64,000 bases of DNA. Origin: an uncultured Gemmatimonadales bacterium (GTDB lineage Bacteria > Gemmatimonadota > Gemmatimonadetes > Longimicrobiales > RSA9). A model generated the notes under the pieces. The model was not told the DNA's origin, searched no databases, and saw only the letters and a list, made by a program, of their open reading frames with translations. Each line of letters opens with the position of its first letter. Position 1 is the first letter of the stretch. Positions 43,332-52,580 of this stretch are shown in pieces. The position numbers and the translations under genes were made by a program. The DNA is taken from the NCBI GenBank assembly GCA_963708135.1, contig OY970192.1, forward strand, positions 4,416,001 through 4,480,000, read 5' to 3'.

Positions 43332-43421
43332 CGCCCGTTCCGGCGCTGGATGTGGACGGACGCGGTGCGCCTGGGGCGGTGCGCGCGTGGGCGGCGCCCG
43401 CGGCGGCCGGCGTCCCGGCGC

Positions 43422-43688
43422 TCAGCGGAACATGGCCGGATTGATCTCCAGCGAGACCTCGCTCACTCGGTCCGCCGGCAGGCCGGCGCGCCGGGCATGC
43501 TCGAGCACCGCTTCCGCGCTCGGCGCATCGTACTCGCAGTAGATCTTGCCCGCCGCGTCCGACACGTAGCTACGGATCCAGACGACGTCGGGCATGCCGT
43601 CGAGCACCTCGTTGGAGCGGCGCGCGGCGGCGTCCAGCTCCTCGCGCGTGAGTTGGCCGACGGATCGCTCGATGATGTAGCGTGGCAT
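43422..43688 (-). CDS. DUF4242 / SCO4226-like small protein (88 aa)
   Basis: MPRYIIER, WIRSYVS, KIYCEYDAPSAEAVLEHARRAGLPADRVSEV; GGGAGGA SD. Confidence 0.85.
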   Translation of the reverse strand: MPRYIIERSVGQLTREELDAAARRSNEVLDGMPDVVWIRSYVSDAAGKIYCEYDAPSAEAVLEHARRAGLPADRVSEVSLEINPAMFR

Positions 43689-43717
43689 CGTGTCCTCCCG
43701 TTCCGTGTGTGTGTCCG

Positions 43718-46700
43718 TCAGAGGCCGAGCGCCCGGGGCAGCGCCCGGCAGGCCGCCTGCAGCTCGACATCGCCGGCCTCGGAGGCCAGCCCGGCCGCCG
43801 CGGCGGCCAGCCGGCGGGCGCGCTCGCGCCGCCCCTCGGCGGCGTGCGCCCGCGCCAGCAGGCACAGCATCCAGCCCTCGCCGCGGCGGTCGCCGGTCCG
43901 CCGGCGGATGGCGAGCGACGCCTCGAGCCGCGCCCGCGCCTCCGCGGGCTCGTCGAGCTCCAGCGCGATCTCCCCGAGCAGCGCCAGGGCATGCCCCTCC
44001 AGGCGCGCCAGCCCCGCCTGGCGGTGGTGTGCGAGCGCCTGCTCCAGCCGCTCCCGGGCCTGGCCCCGCCGGTCGAGCGCGCGCAGCGTCGCGCCCAGGC
44101 TGTTCAGCGCCAGGCCGACGCCCGCCTCGTCGCCTGCGGCGCGGAAGACCGCCAGCGCGCGCTCGTACTCGGCCAGCGCGCCGGCGTGCTCGCCGCGCGT
44201 CCACGCGAGGATTCCGAGCGTGTTCCGGAGGCGCCCCTCGGCCTGCGCCTGGCCGGTGGAGGCGGCCAGCTCTGCCGCCTCGCGGAAGTGGCCGATGGCC
44301 AGGGACGCCTCCGGCAGGTGCCGGCGCGCGGTGCGGCCGAGCCCTTCGAGCGCCTGGAGCTCCCCGGCCGCGTCGCCTGTGCGCTGCCGGATCGAGCGCG
44401 CCTGGCCCCACGCGGCCATCGCCTCGGCGTCCTGGCCCTCCGCCTCGCACGCGCCCGCGAGCCGCGCCCAGACCGCCGCCTCGCCGTCCGCGTCCTTCAG
44501 CTGCGCGAACAGGGCGGCCGCCTCGCGCAGGTGAGGCAGCGCCTCGCGCCGCCGGCCGAGCCCGATGAGGACCTCGCCCAGCATCCGGAGCGACTGCACG
44601 AGGCCGGGGACGAAGCCCGCGCGTCGCGTCAGGTCCACGGCGGCGCGGTAGTGCCCCAGCGCCTCCTCGACGCGGCCGGCCTGGAGCGCCATGTGAGCGA
44701 GCGAGGTGCCGTGGTAGGAGAGCTGGATCGGCAGCCTCTTCCCTGCCGTCAGCCGCCTCGCCTCCTCGAGGTAGGCGCGCCCCGTCTCCATGTCCCCCAT
44801 CCCCCGGTGCACGTTGGCCAGGTTGTGCAGCAGGTAGCTCTGCATGAGGAGCACGTCACCGCGTACGGCCGTATCGGCAGCGCCCGAGACGATGCGGCGG
44901 CTCAGCTCGAGCCCCTCGAGCAGGTAGCCGCGCGCGCGCTCGAGCTCGCCGAGCCCCTTCAGGATGTAGCCGAGGTTGGAGAGGTCGCCGACGATCGCCA
45001 TATTGTCGCCGACGGCGCGGTCGATGGAGAGCGCCTCCTCCACATACGTCAGCGCCTCCGCATCCCGGCGCTGGTGCCAGCGCAGCAGCCCGAGGCTACG
45101 GAGGGTGTTGCGCACGCCCTCCGGCTCGCCGATCCCGCGCCGCAGCCGGAGAGAGCGCTCGAGCGCCGCCTCTGCCGCATCGAAGCGGCGCAGCAGGGTG
45201 CAGAGGTCGCCCTGGCGGACGTAGACCTCGGCCAGCCGGGCCGCCTCGCCGGCCGGCTCGAGTCGGGCGATGAGCTCGTCGATGAGGCGCTGCTGCCGCT
45301 CGCGCATGCCGAGCGTCTCGTAGAGCCGCTCCTCGCGGAGCAGAATCTCGACCCGCGTGGCGGCCCGGGCCTCGTCCTCCGGCAGCCGACCGAGCCAGGT
45401 GCGGGCACGCTCGAGCGTGGCGAGCGCCGGCCGGAACTGCGCGAGCGCACTGGCGCGGCTCGCGGCCTGGACGGCGTAGCGCACGGCGCGGTCCCAGTCC
45501 TCCGCCTGGCTGAAGTGGTAGGCGAGGCGGTCGAGGTGGTCCTCCAGGCGGGCGGCGTGCAGCTCCTCGATGGCGGTGCCCGCGCGGCCGTGCAGCTCCC
45601 GGCGGCGGTGCTCCAGCACCCCCGCGTAGGCCACCTCCTGAGTCAGCGCGTGCTTGAAGCGGTACGCCGCCTCCGGCAGCACGCGGATCTGCTGCACGAG
45701 GCCGGCGGCCTTCAGGCCCTGGAGCGCCCGCGGCAGTCCGTCGGGGTCGGGCACCATGCGCTCGAGGATCGCTCTCGTGAACTCCCGGCCGACGACGGAG
45801 GCGTCGCGCAGCACCTCGCGCGCGTCGGGCTCCAGCCGGTCCAGCCGCGCCCGGATCACCGCCTGGACGGTCTCCGGCAGGTCGAGCGCCTCGAGCGAGC
45901 CCGCGAGGGCGACGGCGTCGCCGTCCACGCGCAGCGCGCCCTCCTCCAGCAGCGTCTGGCAGACCTCCTCGAGGAAGAACGGGTTGCCGCCGGTCCGCTC
46001 GTGCAGCAGCCGGGCGAGCCCGTCCGGCACGCTCGAAACGCGCAGCAGCGCGGCGAGCATGGCGCGCGTGGAGTCGGGCGCGAGGGGGCCAAGCACCAGC
46101 GTCTCGTGATGGCTGGCGCTGCTCCATTCCTCGCCGCCGCCGGGGCGGAGCGTGGCGACGACAAGCAGCGCGTGCTCCGCCACGAGCTCCGCCACCTGCC
46201 GCAGCACGGCCGCGGAGGCGTCGTCCACCCAGTGCCAGTCCTCGAGCAGGAGCACCGTGGTGCGGCGTCGCGACAGCACGGTCAGCAGCGCCGCCAGTGC
46301 CTCCTGGACCGCCATCCCGAACTGCTCGCCGCGCAGGTGCTGCGGCAGCGGAAACTCTTCCGCCGGAATCGAGAGCAGGTGGAGGTAGAGCGGGATGAAA
46401 TCCTCGAGGGCGTCGTCCAGCGCGCACAGCCGCGCGGCCGCCTCCATGGCGCCGGCAGGCTCGGGGCCGGGCCCGGACCGATCCAGGCGGAGCGCCGCGC
46501 GCAGGATCTCAATGAAGGGTCCGTACGCGGTGCCGCCGCCGTACGCCTGGCAGCGCCCCTGGAGGAGCACGGTGCCGGACGCGTCCAGCCGCTGCCGGAG
46601 CTCGTGCAGCAGCCGGGACTTCCCCATCCCGGCATCGCCGACGACGGTGACGAAGCGGCCCGCCCCCGCCCGCGCGGCCTCCAGCTGCCTCGTGAGGCGC

Positions 46701-48553
46701 TCGAGCTCCACGGCGCGGCCGGTGAACGGCGTCAGCGCTCCCCCGCGCTGCGCCGCCTCCAGGCGAGTGCGTGGCTCGACCTGCCCGGTGAGCGCGTGCG
46801 GCAGGAGCGGCCGCTCGCGGTCGCCGAGCGGGAGCGGCGGGCGCGGGTCCGTGTGGACGTAGCCTTGCACGAGCCTGAGCGACGCGGGGCTCAGCCAGAT
46901 CTCGCCCGCGGGCGCCGCGCCCGCCAGCTGGAGCGCCGTCTGCGCCGCCGCGCCGGCGACCTCGAAGGCACGGCCGGGTGTGGTGGACGGCTGCGCGATG
47001 ACGACGGCGCTGTCGATGCCCACGGCCAGCCGGAGCGCCGGCGCGCCGGCCTGGCCGGTTCCGCCGCCGAGTCCCGGGACCTCCTCCTGCAGCTCGAGGG
47101 CCGCACGCACCGCGCGCATGGCGTCGTCCTCGTGGGCGGCCGGAAGCCCGAAGAGCAGCGTCAGGACGTCGCCTTCCGCGCCCTGGAGGACGCCTCCGTG
47201 CCGCCGGGCGACGCCGTCCGCCGCCTCGCGCAGGCGGCGCATCACGCGCTCCGCCTCCGCCGGCCCGAGCCGCTCCAGCAGCGCGGCGTGGCCGGCCAGC
47301 CGGCACACCGCGACGGTGGCGCGACGGCGCTCGCCGCCCGGCAGCAGCGTGCCCTCACTCGTGGAGCCGGGCGCCGCCGGGGGGAAGAACCGCGCCGGCC
47401 CGGCCACGGCGGAACCGCTCCCGGCGGCGAGCGCGAGCAGCGCGGCGAGGTCCCGCGCCAGCTCGCGCGCCGTCGCGTAGCGCGCCTCCACGGGTCGGGC
47501 GAGAGCGCGGCGGAGCAGTCGCGCGAGCGCCCCGGCGAGGCGCGGGTCCGCGACCCCGGCGGCACGCACGGCGGCGTCCGCCGCGGCCTCGGCATCCTGC
47601 GGCCCCTCCTCCGCCAGCCGGGCTCCGGCCAGCATCTCCCAGAGCACCGCGCCCAGCGACCAGAGATCGGCACGGCCATCCACCGCCTCCCCGGCGGCCT
47701 GCTCCGGGCTCATGTAGGCCTCGGTGCCCGGCCGCGCCTCCGGCCGCGTGAGCGCCAGGTGCGCCAGCTTCGCCACGCCGAAGTCCAGGATCTTGACCAC
47801 CCCGTCGGCGGTGATCATCAGGTTGGCGGGCTTCACGTCGCGGTGCACGATGCCGCGCTCGTGCGCCCCGGCCAGTCCGTCCGCCACCTGGCGCGCGAGC
47901 GCCACAGACTCGGCGAGGGGGAGCGGGCCGCGCGCGAGGCGGGCGCGCAGTGTCTCGCCCTCGTAGAGCGGCATGGCCAGGAAGAGCTGGCCATCCGCCG
48001 TCTCGCCGATCTCGTGGATGGTGCAGATGTTCGGGTGGTCGAGCGCCGCCGCCGCCCGCGCCTCCGCGCGGAAGCGCTCCTTCGCGCGCGGGTCGCCGCC
48101 CAGCTCGGGGTGCAGGAACTTGAGCGCCACGGCCCGGCCCAGCCGCGTGTCCCACGCCCGGTAGACCACGCCCATCCCCCCGCCGCCCACCACGTCCCGC
48201 AACTCGTAGTGGCCGGCGGTCCGCCCCGCGGCGGGCGCCGCATCCGCATCGGCGGGCGGGGCGAAGCGTGCCACCGGACGGTCCACGGGGCCGGGCCGCC
48301 CGTGCGCGGCGAGCAGCGACTCGACCTCGCGCCGTAGCTCCGGCTCGCCTGCACAGGCGCGCTCGAGCAGGGCCGCGCGCTCCTCCTCCCGAAGCGCCAG
48401 GGCCTCCACCAGCACGTCCCCGGCGCGCTCGAGGAGCCCCGCGTCCGCCGGGCGGGACGGCCCGGGCGGGCTCGCCGCGCCCGGACGGCCGAGCGCCCGC
48501 CGCAGTCCGCGGCCCCAGCGCGCCATCCAGCCGCGCTCCTCCCGGGCGCTCAC
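43718..48553 (-). CDS. Ser/Thr kinase + degenerate class III cyclase + STAND/AAA ATPase + TPR array (about 1610 aa)
   Basis: GGGGMGVVY, VALK, HRDVKPAN, DFG, YMSPEQ; AHEDDAMRAVRAAL; GDAGMGKS, LLLEDWHWVD, TGGNPFFLEE, YRFKHAL; long TPR-like tail; no TM. Confidence 0.9.
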   Translation of the reverse strand: MSAREERGWMARWGRGLRRALGRPGAASPPGPSRPADAGLLERAGDVLVEALALREEERAALLERACAGEPELRREVESLLAAHGRPGPVDRPVARFAPPADADAAPAAGRTAGHYELRDVVGGGGMGVVYRAWDTRLGRAVALKFLHPELGGDPRAKERFRAEARAAAALDHPNICTIHEIGETADGQLFLAMPLYEGETLRARLARGPLPLAESVALARQVADGLAGAHERGIVHRDVKPANLMITADGVVKILDFGVAKLAHLALTRPEARPGTEAYMSPEQAAGEAVDGRADLWSLGAVLWEMLAGARLAEEGPQDAEAAADAAVRAAGVADPRLAGALARLLRRALARPVEARYATARELARDLAALLALAAGSGSAVAGPARFFPPAAPGSTSEGTLLPGGERRRATVAVCRLAGHAALLERLGPAEAERVMRRLREAADGVARRHGGVLQGAEGDVLTLLFGLPAAHEDDAMRAVRAALELQEEVPGLGGGTGQAGAPALRLAVGIDSAVVIAQPSTTPGRAFEVAGAAAQTALQLAGAAPAGEIWLSPASLRLVQGYVHTDPRPPLPLGDRERPLLPHALTGQVEPRTRLEAAQRGGALTPFTGRAVELERLTRQLEAARAGAGRFVTVVGDAGMGKSRLLHELRQRLDASGTVLLQGRCQAYGGGTAYGPFIEILRAALRLDRSGPGPEPAGAMEAAARLCALDDALEDFIPLYLHLLSIPAEEFPLPQHLRGEQFGMAVQEALAALLTVLSRRRTTVLLLEDWHWVDDASAAVLRQVAELVAEHALLVVATLRPGGGEEWSSASHHETLVLGPLAPDSTRAMLAALLRVSSVPDGLARLLHERTGGNPFFLEEVCQTLLEEGALRVDGDAVALAGSLEALDLPETVQAVIRARLDRLEPDAREVLRDASVVGREFTRAILERMVPDPDGLPRALQGLKAAGLVQQIRVLPEAAYRFKHALTQEVAYAGVLEHRRRELHGRAGTAIEELHAARLEDHLDRLAYHFSQAEDWDRAVRYAVQAASRASALAQFRPALATLERARTWLGRLPEDEARAATRVEILLREERLYETLGMRERQQRLIDELIARLEPAGEAARLAEVYVRQGDLCTLLRRFDAAEAALERSLRLRRGIGEPEGVRNTLRSLGLLRWHQRRDAEALTYVEEALSIDRAVGDNMAIVGDLSNLGYILKGLGELERARGYLLEGLELSRRIVSGAADTAVRGDVLLMQSYLLHNLANVHRGMGDMETGRAYLEEARRLTAGKRLPIQLSYHGTSLAHMALQAGRVEEALGHYRAAVDLTRRAGFVPGLVQSLRMLGEVLIGLGRRREALPHLREAAALFAQLKDADGEAAVWARLAGACEAEGQDAEAMAAWGQARSIRQRTGDAAGELQALEGLGRTARRHLPEASLAIGHFREAAELAASTGQAQAEGRLRNTLGILAWTRGEHAGALAEYERALAVFRAAGDEAGVGLALNSLGATLRALDRRGQARERLEQALAHHRQAGLARLEGHALALLGEIALELDEPAEARARLEASLAIRRRTGDRRGEGWMLCLLARAHAAEGRRERARRLAAAAAGLASEAGDVELQAACRALPRALGL

Positions 48554-49164
48554 GGGGCGAGCTCCCGGTGCAGCCACGCGCGCGCCACGGTCCAGTCGCG
48601 CTTGACCGTGGCGGGCGAGATGTCCAGCGCCTCGGCCGTCTCCTCCACACTCATGTCGGCGAAGAAGCGGCATTCCACCACCCGGCACTGCCGCTCGTTC
48701 ACGGCGGCCAGGCGGCGCAGCGCCTCGTCCACGGCCAGCAGCTCATCGGCCCGCGCATCGGTCACGAGTCGCGGTTCGGCCACGGCGTCGGCGGGAGCGG
48801 GATCCCGGCCGCCCCCGCGCTTGGCGGCGTTCCGGCGGACGGCGTAGTCCACGAGCACGCGCCGCATCGCCACGGCCGCAGCGGCGAAGAAGTGGGCCCG
48901 GCTCGTCCATTCCATCCGGTCGGCGTCGGCCAGCTTGAGGTACGCCTCGTGGACGAGCGCGGTGGTGCCGAGGGTGTGGCCGACCGCCTCGGCGCGCATG
49001 CGGTTGTGCGCCACGCGGCGGAGCTCCTCGTAGACCAGCGGGACGAGGCGGTCCACCGCGTCGCGGCCCGCGCCGGGCACGGGTGTGGAGGGGCCGCTCG
49101 GCCCCGGCCCCCCAGGGAGGGCGCGGCCGGGATCGCGGTCCGGTTCGGCGTGCGTGGGGGGCAT
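48550..49164 (-). CDS. ECF sigma factor, TIGR02999 type (kinase-associated)
   Basis: LVPLVYEELRR.A, HTLGTTALVHEAYLKL, SRAHFFA.AA.AMRRVLVD, VECRFF, TVKRDW..ARAWL. Confidence 0.93.
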   Translation of the reverse strand: MPPTHAEPDRDPGRALPGGPGPSGPSTPVPGAGRDAVDRLVPLVYEELRRVAHNRMRAEAVGHTLGTTALVHEAYLKLADADRMEWTSRAHFFAAAAVAMRRVLVDYAVRRNAAKRGGGRDPAPADAVAEPRLVTDARADELLAVDEALRRLAAVNERQCRVVECRFFADMSVEETAEALDISPATVKRDWTVARAWLHRELAP

Positions 49165-49363
49165 CGACGCTTCCTCGGTGCCGGCGGGTCCGGTGAAGGT
49201 GGCTTCTGCCCTCAAGATAGCGTGCTCGGCCGTATGGGAAACGGTCCGCCCGCCGGGCGATGCGGTTTCGTGAGCCCTGGCCGCCGTCTTTTCGGCCACA
49301 GGGGGTGAGGCGGCGGATGGTGTCGCCGCCGCAGATCGCAACCCACGGCCGAGGAGGCGCACC

Positions 49364-49969
49364 ATGGCGGATCAGTGGAAGCTCGACGGGACCTACACCG
49401 AGGCATGCACGTGCGAGGCGGCGTGTCCCTGCATCATGCTGAGCGACCCGACGGAGGGCGACTGCACGGCTGTCGTCGGCTGGCACATCGACCGCGGCAG
49501 CTACGGCGGCGTGGCGCTGGACGGGCTGAACGTGGCGGTGGGCGTCCACACGCCCGGCAACATGAAGGAGAAGGACTGGCAGGCGGCGCTCTACATCGAC
49601 GAGCGCGCCTCGGCGGAGCAGCGCGACGCGCTCACGCAGATCTTCGGCGGCCAGGCGGGCGGGCACCCGGCGCGGATCGCGCAGCACATCGCGCAGGTAT
49701 CCGGCGTCCATCACGTGCCGATCACCTTCGAGAGCGATGGCCGCAAGGGCCACCTGCGCGTCGGCACGGTGGGCGAGTCGGAGTGGGAGCCGATCGAGGG
49801 GCAGGGCGGCGGCCTCGTAACCGTCGAGGGCAACCCGCTGGCCATCTCGCCCGGGCATGCAGCGGTGATCGGGCGGGCGCGCAAGGCGCGCTTCCAGGAC
49901 CACGGCATCGCGTTCGAGGCCTCCGGCCGGCAGGCGATGGTCGCGCCCTTCAGCTACGCCGGGCCGTGA
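49364..49969 (+). CDS. DUF1326-domain protein
   Basis: W.L.G.Y.EACTC...CPC, PTEGDC, WHIDRG.YG.V.LDGL, YIDERAS.EQR.AL..IF.G..GG. Confidence 0.88.
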   Translation: MADQWKLDGTYTEACTCEAACPCIMLSDPTEGDCTAVVGWHIDRGSYGGVALDGLNVAVGVHTPGNMKEKDWQAALYIDERASAEQRDALTQIFGGQAGGHPARIAQHIAQVSGVHHVPITFESDGRKGHLRVGTVGESEWEPIEGQGGGLVTVEGNPLAISPGHAAVIGRARKARFQDHGIAFEASGRQAMVAPFSYAGP

Positions 49970-50607
49970 GCGCCGCCATGGCCACGGGCGGCGCCGGCTT
50001 CGGGGCGCTGCCCTGGGTGCTCGCCATGTGGTCGGTCATGATGTGCGCGATGATGCTGCCGGCCGCCGCGCCGATGATCGTGACCTACGCGGCCGTGAGC
50101 CGGCGCAGGGAGGACGGCCACCTGCGGCGCACCGGCCTCTTCACGCTCGCCTACCTGGGCGTGTGGCTGGGCGTCAGCGCGCTCGGCGCGCTGGCGCAGT
50201 GCGCCCTCGGCTCGGCCGCGCTGCTCTCCCCGCGCGGCGCCACCACGGCTCCGCTCCTCTCCGGCGGGCTGCTGCTCGGCGCCGGCGCCTACCAGCTCAC
50301 ACCCCTCAAGCACGCCTGCCTCCGCCGCTGCCGGACGCCGCTCGGCTTCCTGCTCACCGAGTGGCGGCCGGGCGGCGCTGGCGCGCTGCGCATGGGCACC
50401 CGCCACGGCATCGAGTGTGTGCTGTGCTGCTGGGCGATCATGGCGCTCATGTTCGTCCTCGGCACCATGAACCTCATCTGGATGGGCGTCCTCACCGTGC
50501 TCATGTCCGCGGAGAAGCTGGCGCCCGGCGGCCACCGGATCGGCCGCGCGGCCGCCGTGCTCTTCCTCGGCTGGGGCGGCTGGCTGGTGCTGAGCACGCT
50601 CGCCTGA
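49966..50607 (+). CDS. DUF2182 predicted metal-binding integral membrane protein (short N-terminus)
   Basis: MW.VMM.AMMLP, YQLTPLK.ACL..CR.P, G..C..CCWA.M..MF..G.MN..WM, EK. Confidence 0.88.
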   Translation: MSAAMATGGAGFGALPWVLAMWSVMMCAMMLPAAAPMIVTYAAVSRRREDGHLRRTGLFTLAYLGVWLGVSALGALAQCALGSAALLSPRGATTAPLLSGGLLLGAGAYQLTPLKHACLRRCRTPLGFLLTEWRPGGAGALRMGTRHGIECVLCCWAIMALMFVLGTMNLIWMGVLTVLMSAEKLAPGGHRIGRAAAVLFLGWGGWLVLSTLA

Positions 50608-50634
50608 GGCGAGGAGCGCCGGCCGCCGCCGGCA

Positions 50635-52176
50635 TCACACGATCGGCGCCAGCCCCTCCGCGAGGCCGAGATCCTCGAGGAACGCGTTCGAGAACGTGCG
50701 CCGGCCGACCGCGTCCAGCAGCTGGGCGCGCGCCGCCAGCCAGCGGTCCAGCGTGTCGCCGAACGCCCGGCGGATCTCGGCCGAGTCCTCGGGCAGCAGC
50801 TTGCCCCAGTGGAACGCGTGCGGGATGCCGGCATGGTCGAGACCACTCCAGATGGCGGCGTAGAGCGAGCGCGTGCGGCCGGAGAGCGGACCGTCGATCT
50901 CCAGCACGCACGTTGGCTCGTACATCGCCCATCCGAGCATGGCCCGCGAGCGCTTGATGAAACGGCACGCCGGCAGCACCGCGCACGGCCCCTGCCTGCG
51001 GTTCAGCTCGAGCACCAGGTCGACAGCCTCCGAGGCGTGGGCCACCGGTACGCTGACCGCCGCGCTCGCCGCCTTGCCGCGCGTCGTGGTGTTGGTGAAG
51101 ATCTCGCCGATCGTCCCTGTCTGCGTCTCGTCCGCGTAGCGCGCGGCTAGGATCTTGTTGACCAGCAGCGGGATGCTCGCGGGCACCGCATCCGTGAGCA
51201 GCCCGCAGAACGCCAGCGTGTCGTCCGCCGGGCCGAAGCCGTCCGCGTCCGGCACCGGCGCGGTGTACGCATCCGTGTACGCGCGCCTCCACATCGTCGT
51301 CACGAACGCGCCGCCATCCAGGTCGTACGGGTTCACCACCACCTGGAAATGGTAGGGCCGCGCGGCGCCGCCCGGGAGCGCGAGCCCCGAGAAGTCCAGC
51401 GTGTTCATGGCGCCCTTGAGTGCGGCGTCGTACGGCATCCGCCGCCGGAACATGTCCAGCAGGAACGCCGGGTCGGTCTCCAGCATCACGCCGTGGATGA
51501 AGCCGAAGCTGCCGAAGCTCACGAGCGCGGCGTCGAACAGCGCGTCATCGCGCAGCAGCTCCGCGCCCAGACGCGCGGCGAACGCATCCGCCGCGACCGG
51601 CGTGGATGCGCGCTCGAGCCAGACGTGCCGGTCCGGCGCCACCACGATGTGGAGCCCGACGACGTAGTCCGGGATCGACCCGACGTCGATCGCGGCGCCG
51701 TGGGTCTGCGTCAACATGGCGCCGACGATGGTCTGCCCGTTGCTCGCGCCCACCGCCCGCAGCGAGCGCCCCTCCGCCTTCAGCCGCGCGTTCAGCTCCA
51801 GGATCGAGCAGCCGCACTGCGCGAAGCGCAGCCCGTCCGCGTCGCCCTGGTAGGAGGCGTGCACCAGCTCCGGCGTGATGCGGAAGTACAGGTTCAGCGG
51901 CTTCGTGTTCACCAGCCGCCCGTCCGTGGCCGGCGCCCGCGTGAAGGACCAGCCGCCGCCGAACGCGCGGAACCGGACCCCGTCCCGTATCGCCTCCCCC
52001 AGCAGGCGCTGCACCCCGCGGGTGGTGGCGTTGTAGCGCTGGAGCGGCTCGCCCGCCACGGGGTTCCAGAGGTCGTACAGCCGGTCGAGCGGCTGCGTGT
52101 AGGTGAGGTGCTTGTTCGTCCAGCTGTGCTGCCCCGTGTCGACCACGTGGGCCTGGAGATCCGTGACGGTGCTCAT
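50635..52176 (-). CDS. FAD-binding oxidoreductase (VAO/PCMH, aldonolactone-oxidase-like)
   Basis: RAFGGGWSF, GASNGQTIVGA..TQTHG, VSFGSFG, C-terminal FHWGK. Confidence 0.82.
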   Translation of the reverse strand: MSTVTDLQAHVVDTGQHSWTNKHLTYTQPLDRLYDLWNPVAGEPLQRYNATTRGVQRLLGEAIRDGVRFRAFGGGWSFTRAPATDGRLVNTKPLNLYFRITPELVHASYQGDADGLRFAQCGCSILELNARLKAEGRSLRAVGASNGQTIVGAMLTQTHGAAIDVGSIPDYVVGLHIVVAPDRHVWLERASTPVAADAFAARLGAELLRDDALFDAALVSFGSFGFIHGVMLETDPAFLLDMFRRRMPYDAALKGAMNTLDFSGLALPGGAARPYHFQVVVNPYDLDGGAFVTTMWRRAYTDAYTAPVPDADGFGPADDTLAFCGLLTDAVPASIPLLVNKILAARYADETQTGTIGEIFTNTTTRGKAASAAVSVPVAHASEAVDLVLELNRRQGPCAVLPACRFIKRSRAMLGWAMYEPTCVLEIDGPLSGRTRSLYAAIWSGLDHAGIPHAFHWGKLLPEDSAEIRRAFGDTLDRWLAARAQLLDAVGRRTFSNAFLEDLGLAEGLAPIV

Positions 52177-52538
52177 GGCCGATGCTCCCGCGTTCGGGGA
52201 GAGTCGAGCCGGATGACGCCGGTTCCTTCCCGCGGCTTGCTGCACTGCCACTCCATCCGCAGCGGCGCCCAGAAGCCCAGCGTCAGCGTCGTCACGAGGG
52301 CGTAGCCGAGGTTCGTCGAGACGTGCACGTTGTCCAGCGCGCTGCCGTTCTCGCACTCCGCCGCCCGTGCCACCTCGGGCTTCACGATCAGCCCCCAGGC
52401 GAGGGCGTGGAACGTCCGGCTCCGCGCCACCGTCGACGGGTCCGGCGCGGGCTCCTCTACCCGGTAGTGGTAGCAGCCGGCCTGGAGCGCCAGGAGCAGC
52501 GCCGCCGCGGCGGCCGCACGCGGAAGTGGTCGCGACAT
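52173..52538 (-). CDS. Bor/Iss-like lipoprotein
   Basis: Lipobox AGC, H..AWGL, central Cys, LVTTLTLGFWAP...EWQC; AGGAGGAG SD. Confidence 0.7.
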   Translation of the reverse strand: MSRPLPRAAAAAALLLALQAGCYHYRVEEPAPDPSTVARSRTFHALAWGLIVKPEVARAAECENGSALDNVHVSTNLGYALVTTLTLGFWAPLRMEWQCSKPREGTGVIRLDSPRTREHRP

Positions 52539-52580
52539 CGGCTCCTCCTCTCGTGAGCGATCGGAATGGGGCGGCCGCCC

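Noticed and set aside
43682..48337. Very long antisense ORFs (also 5937-8774, 9580-12465, 19305-22820, 21611-24886, 58803-61349, 61331-63676)
   Set aside because: Typical stop-poor shadow frames of high-GC genes, with no recognisable motifs.
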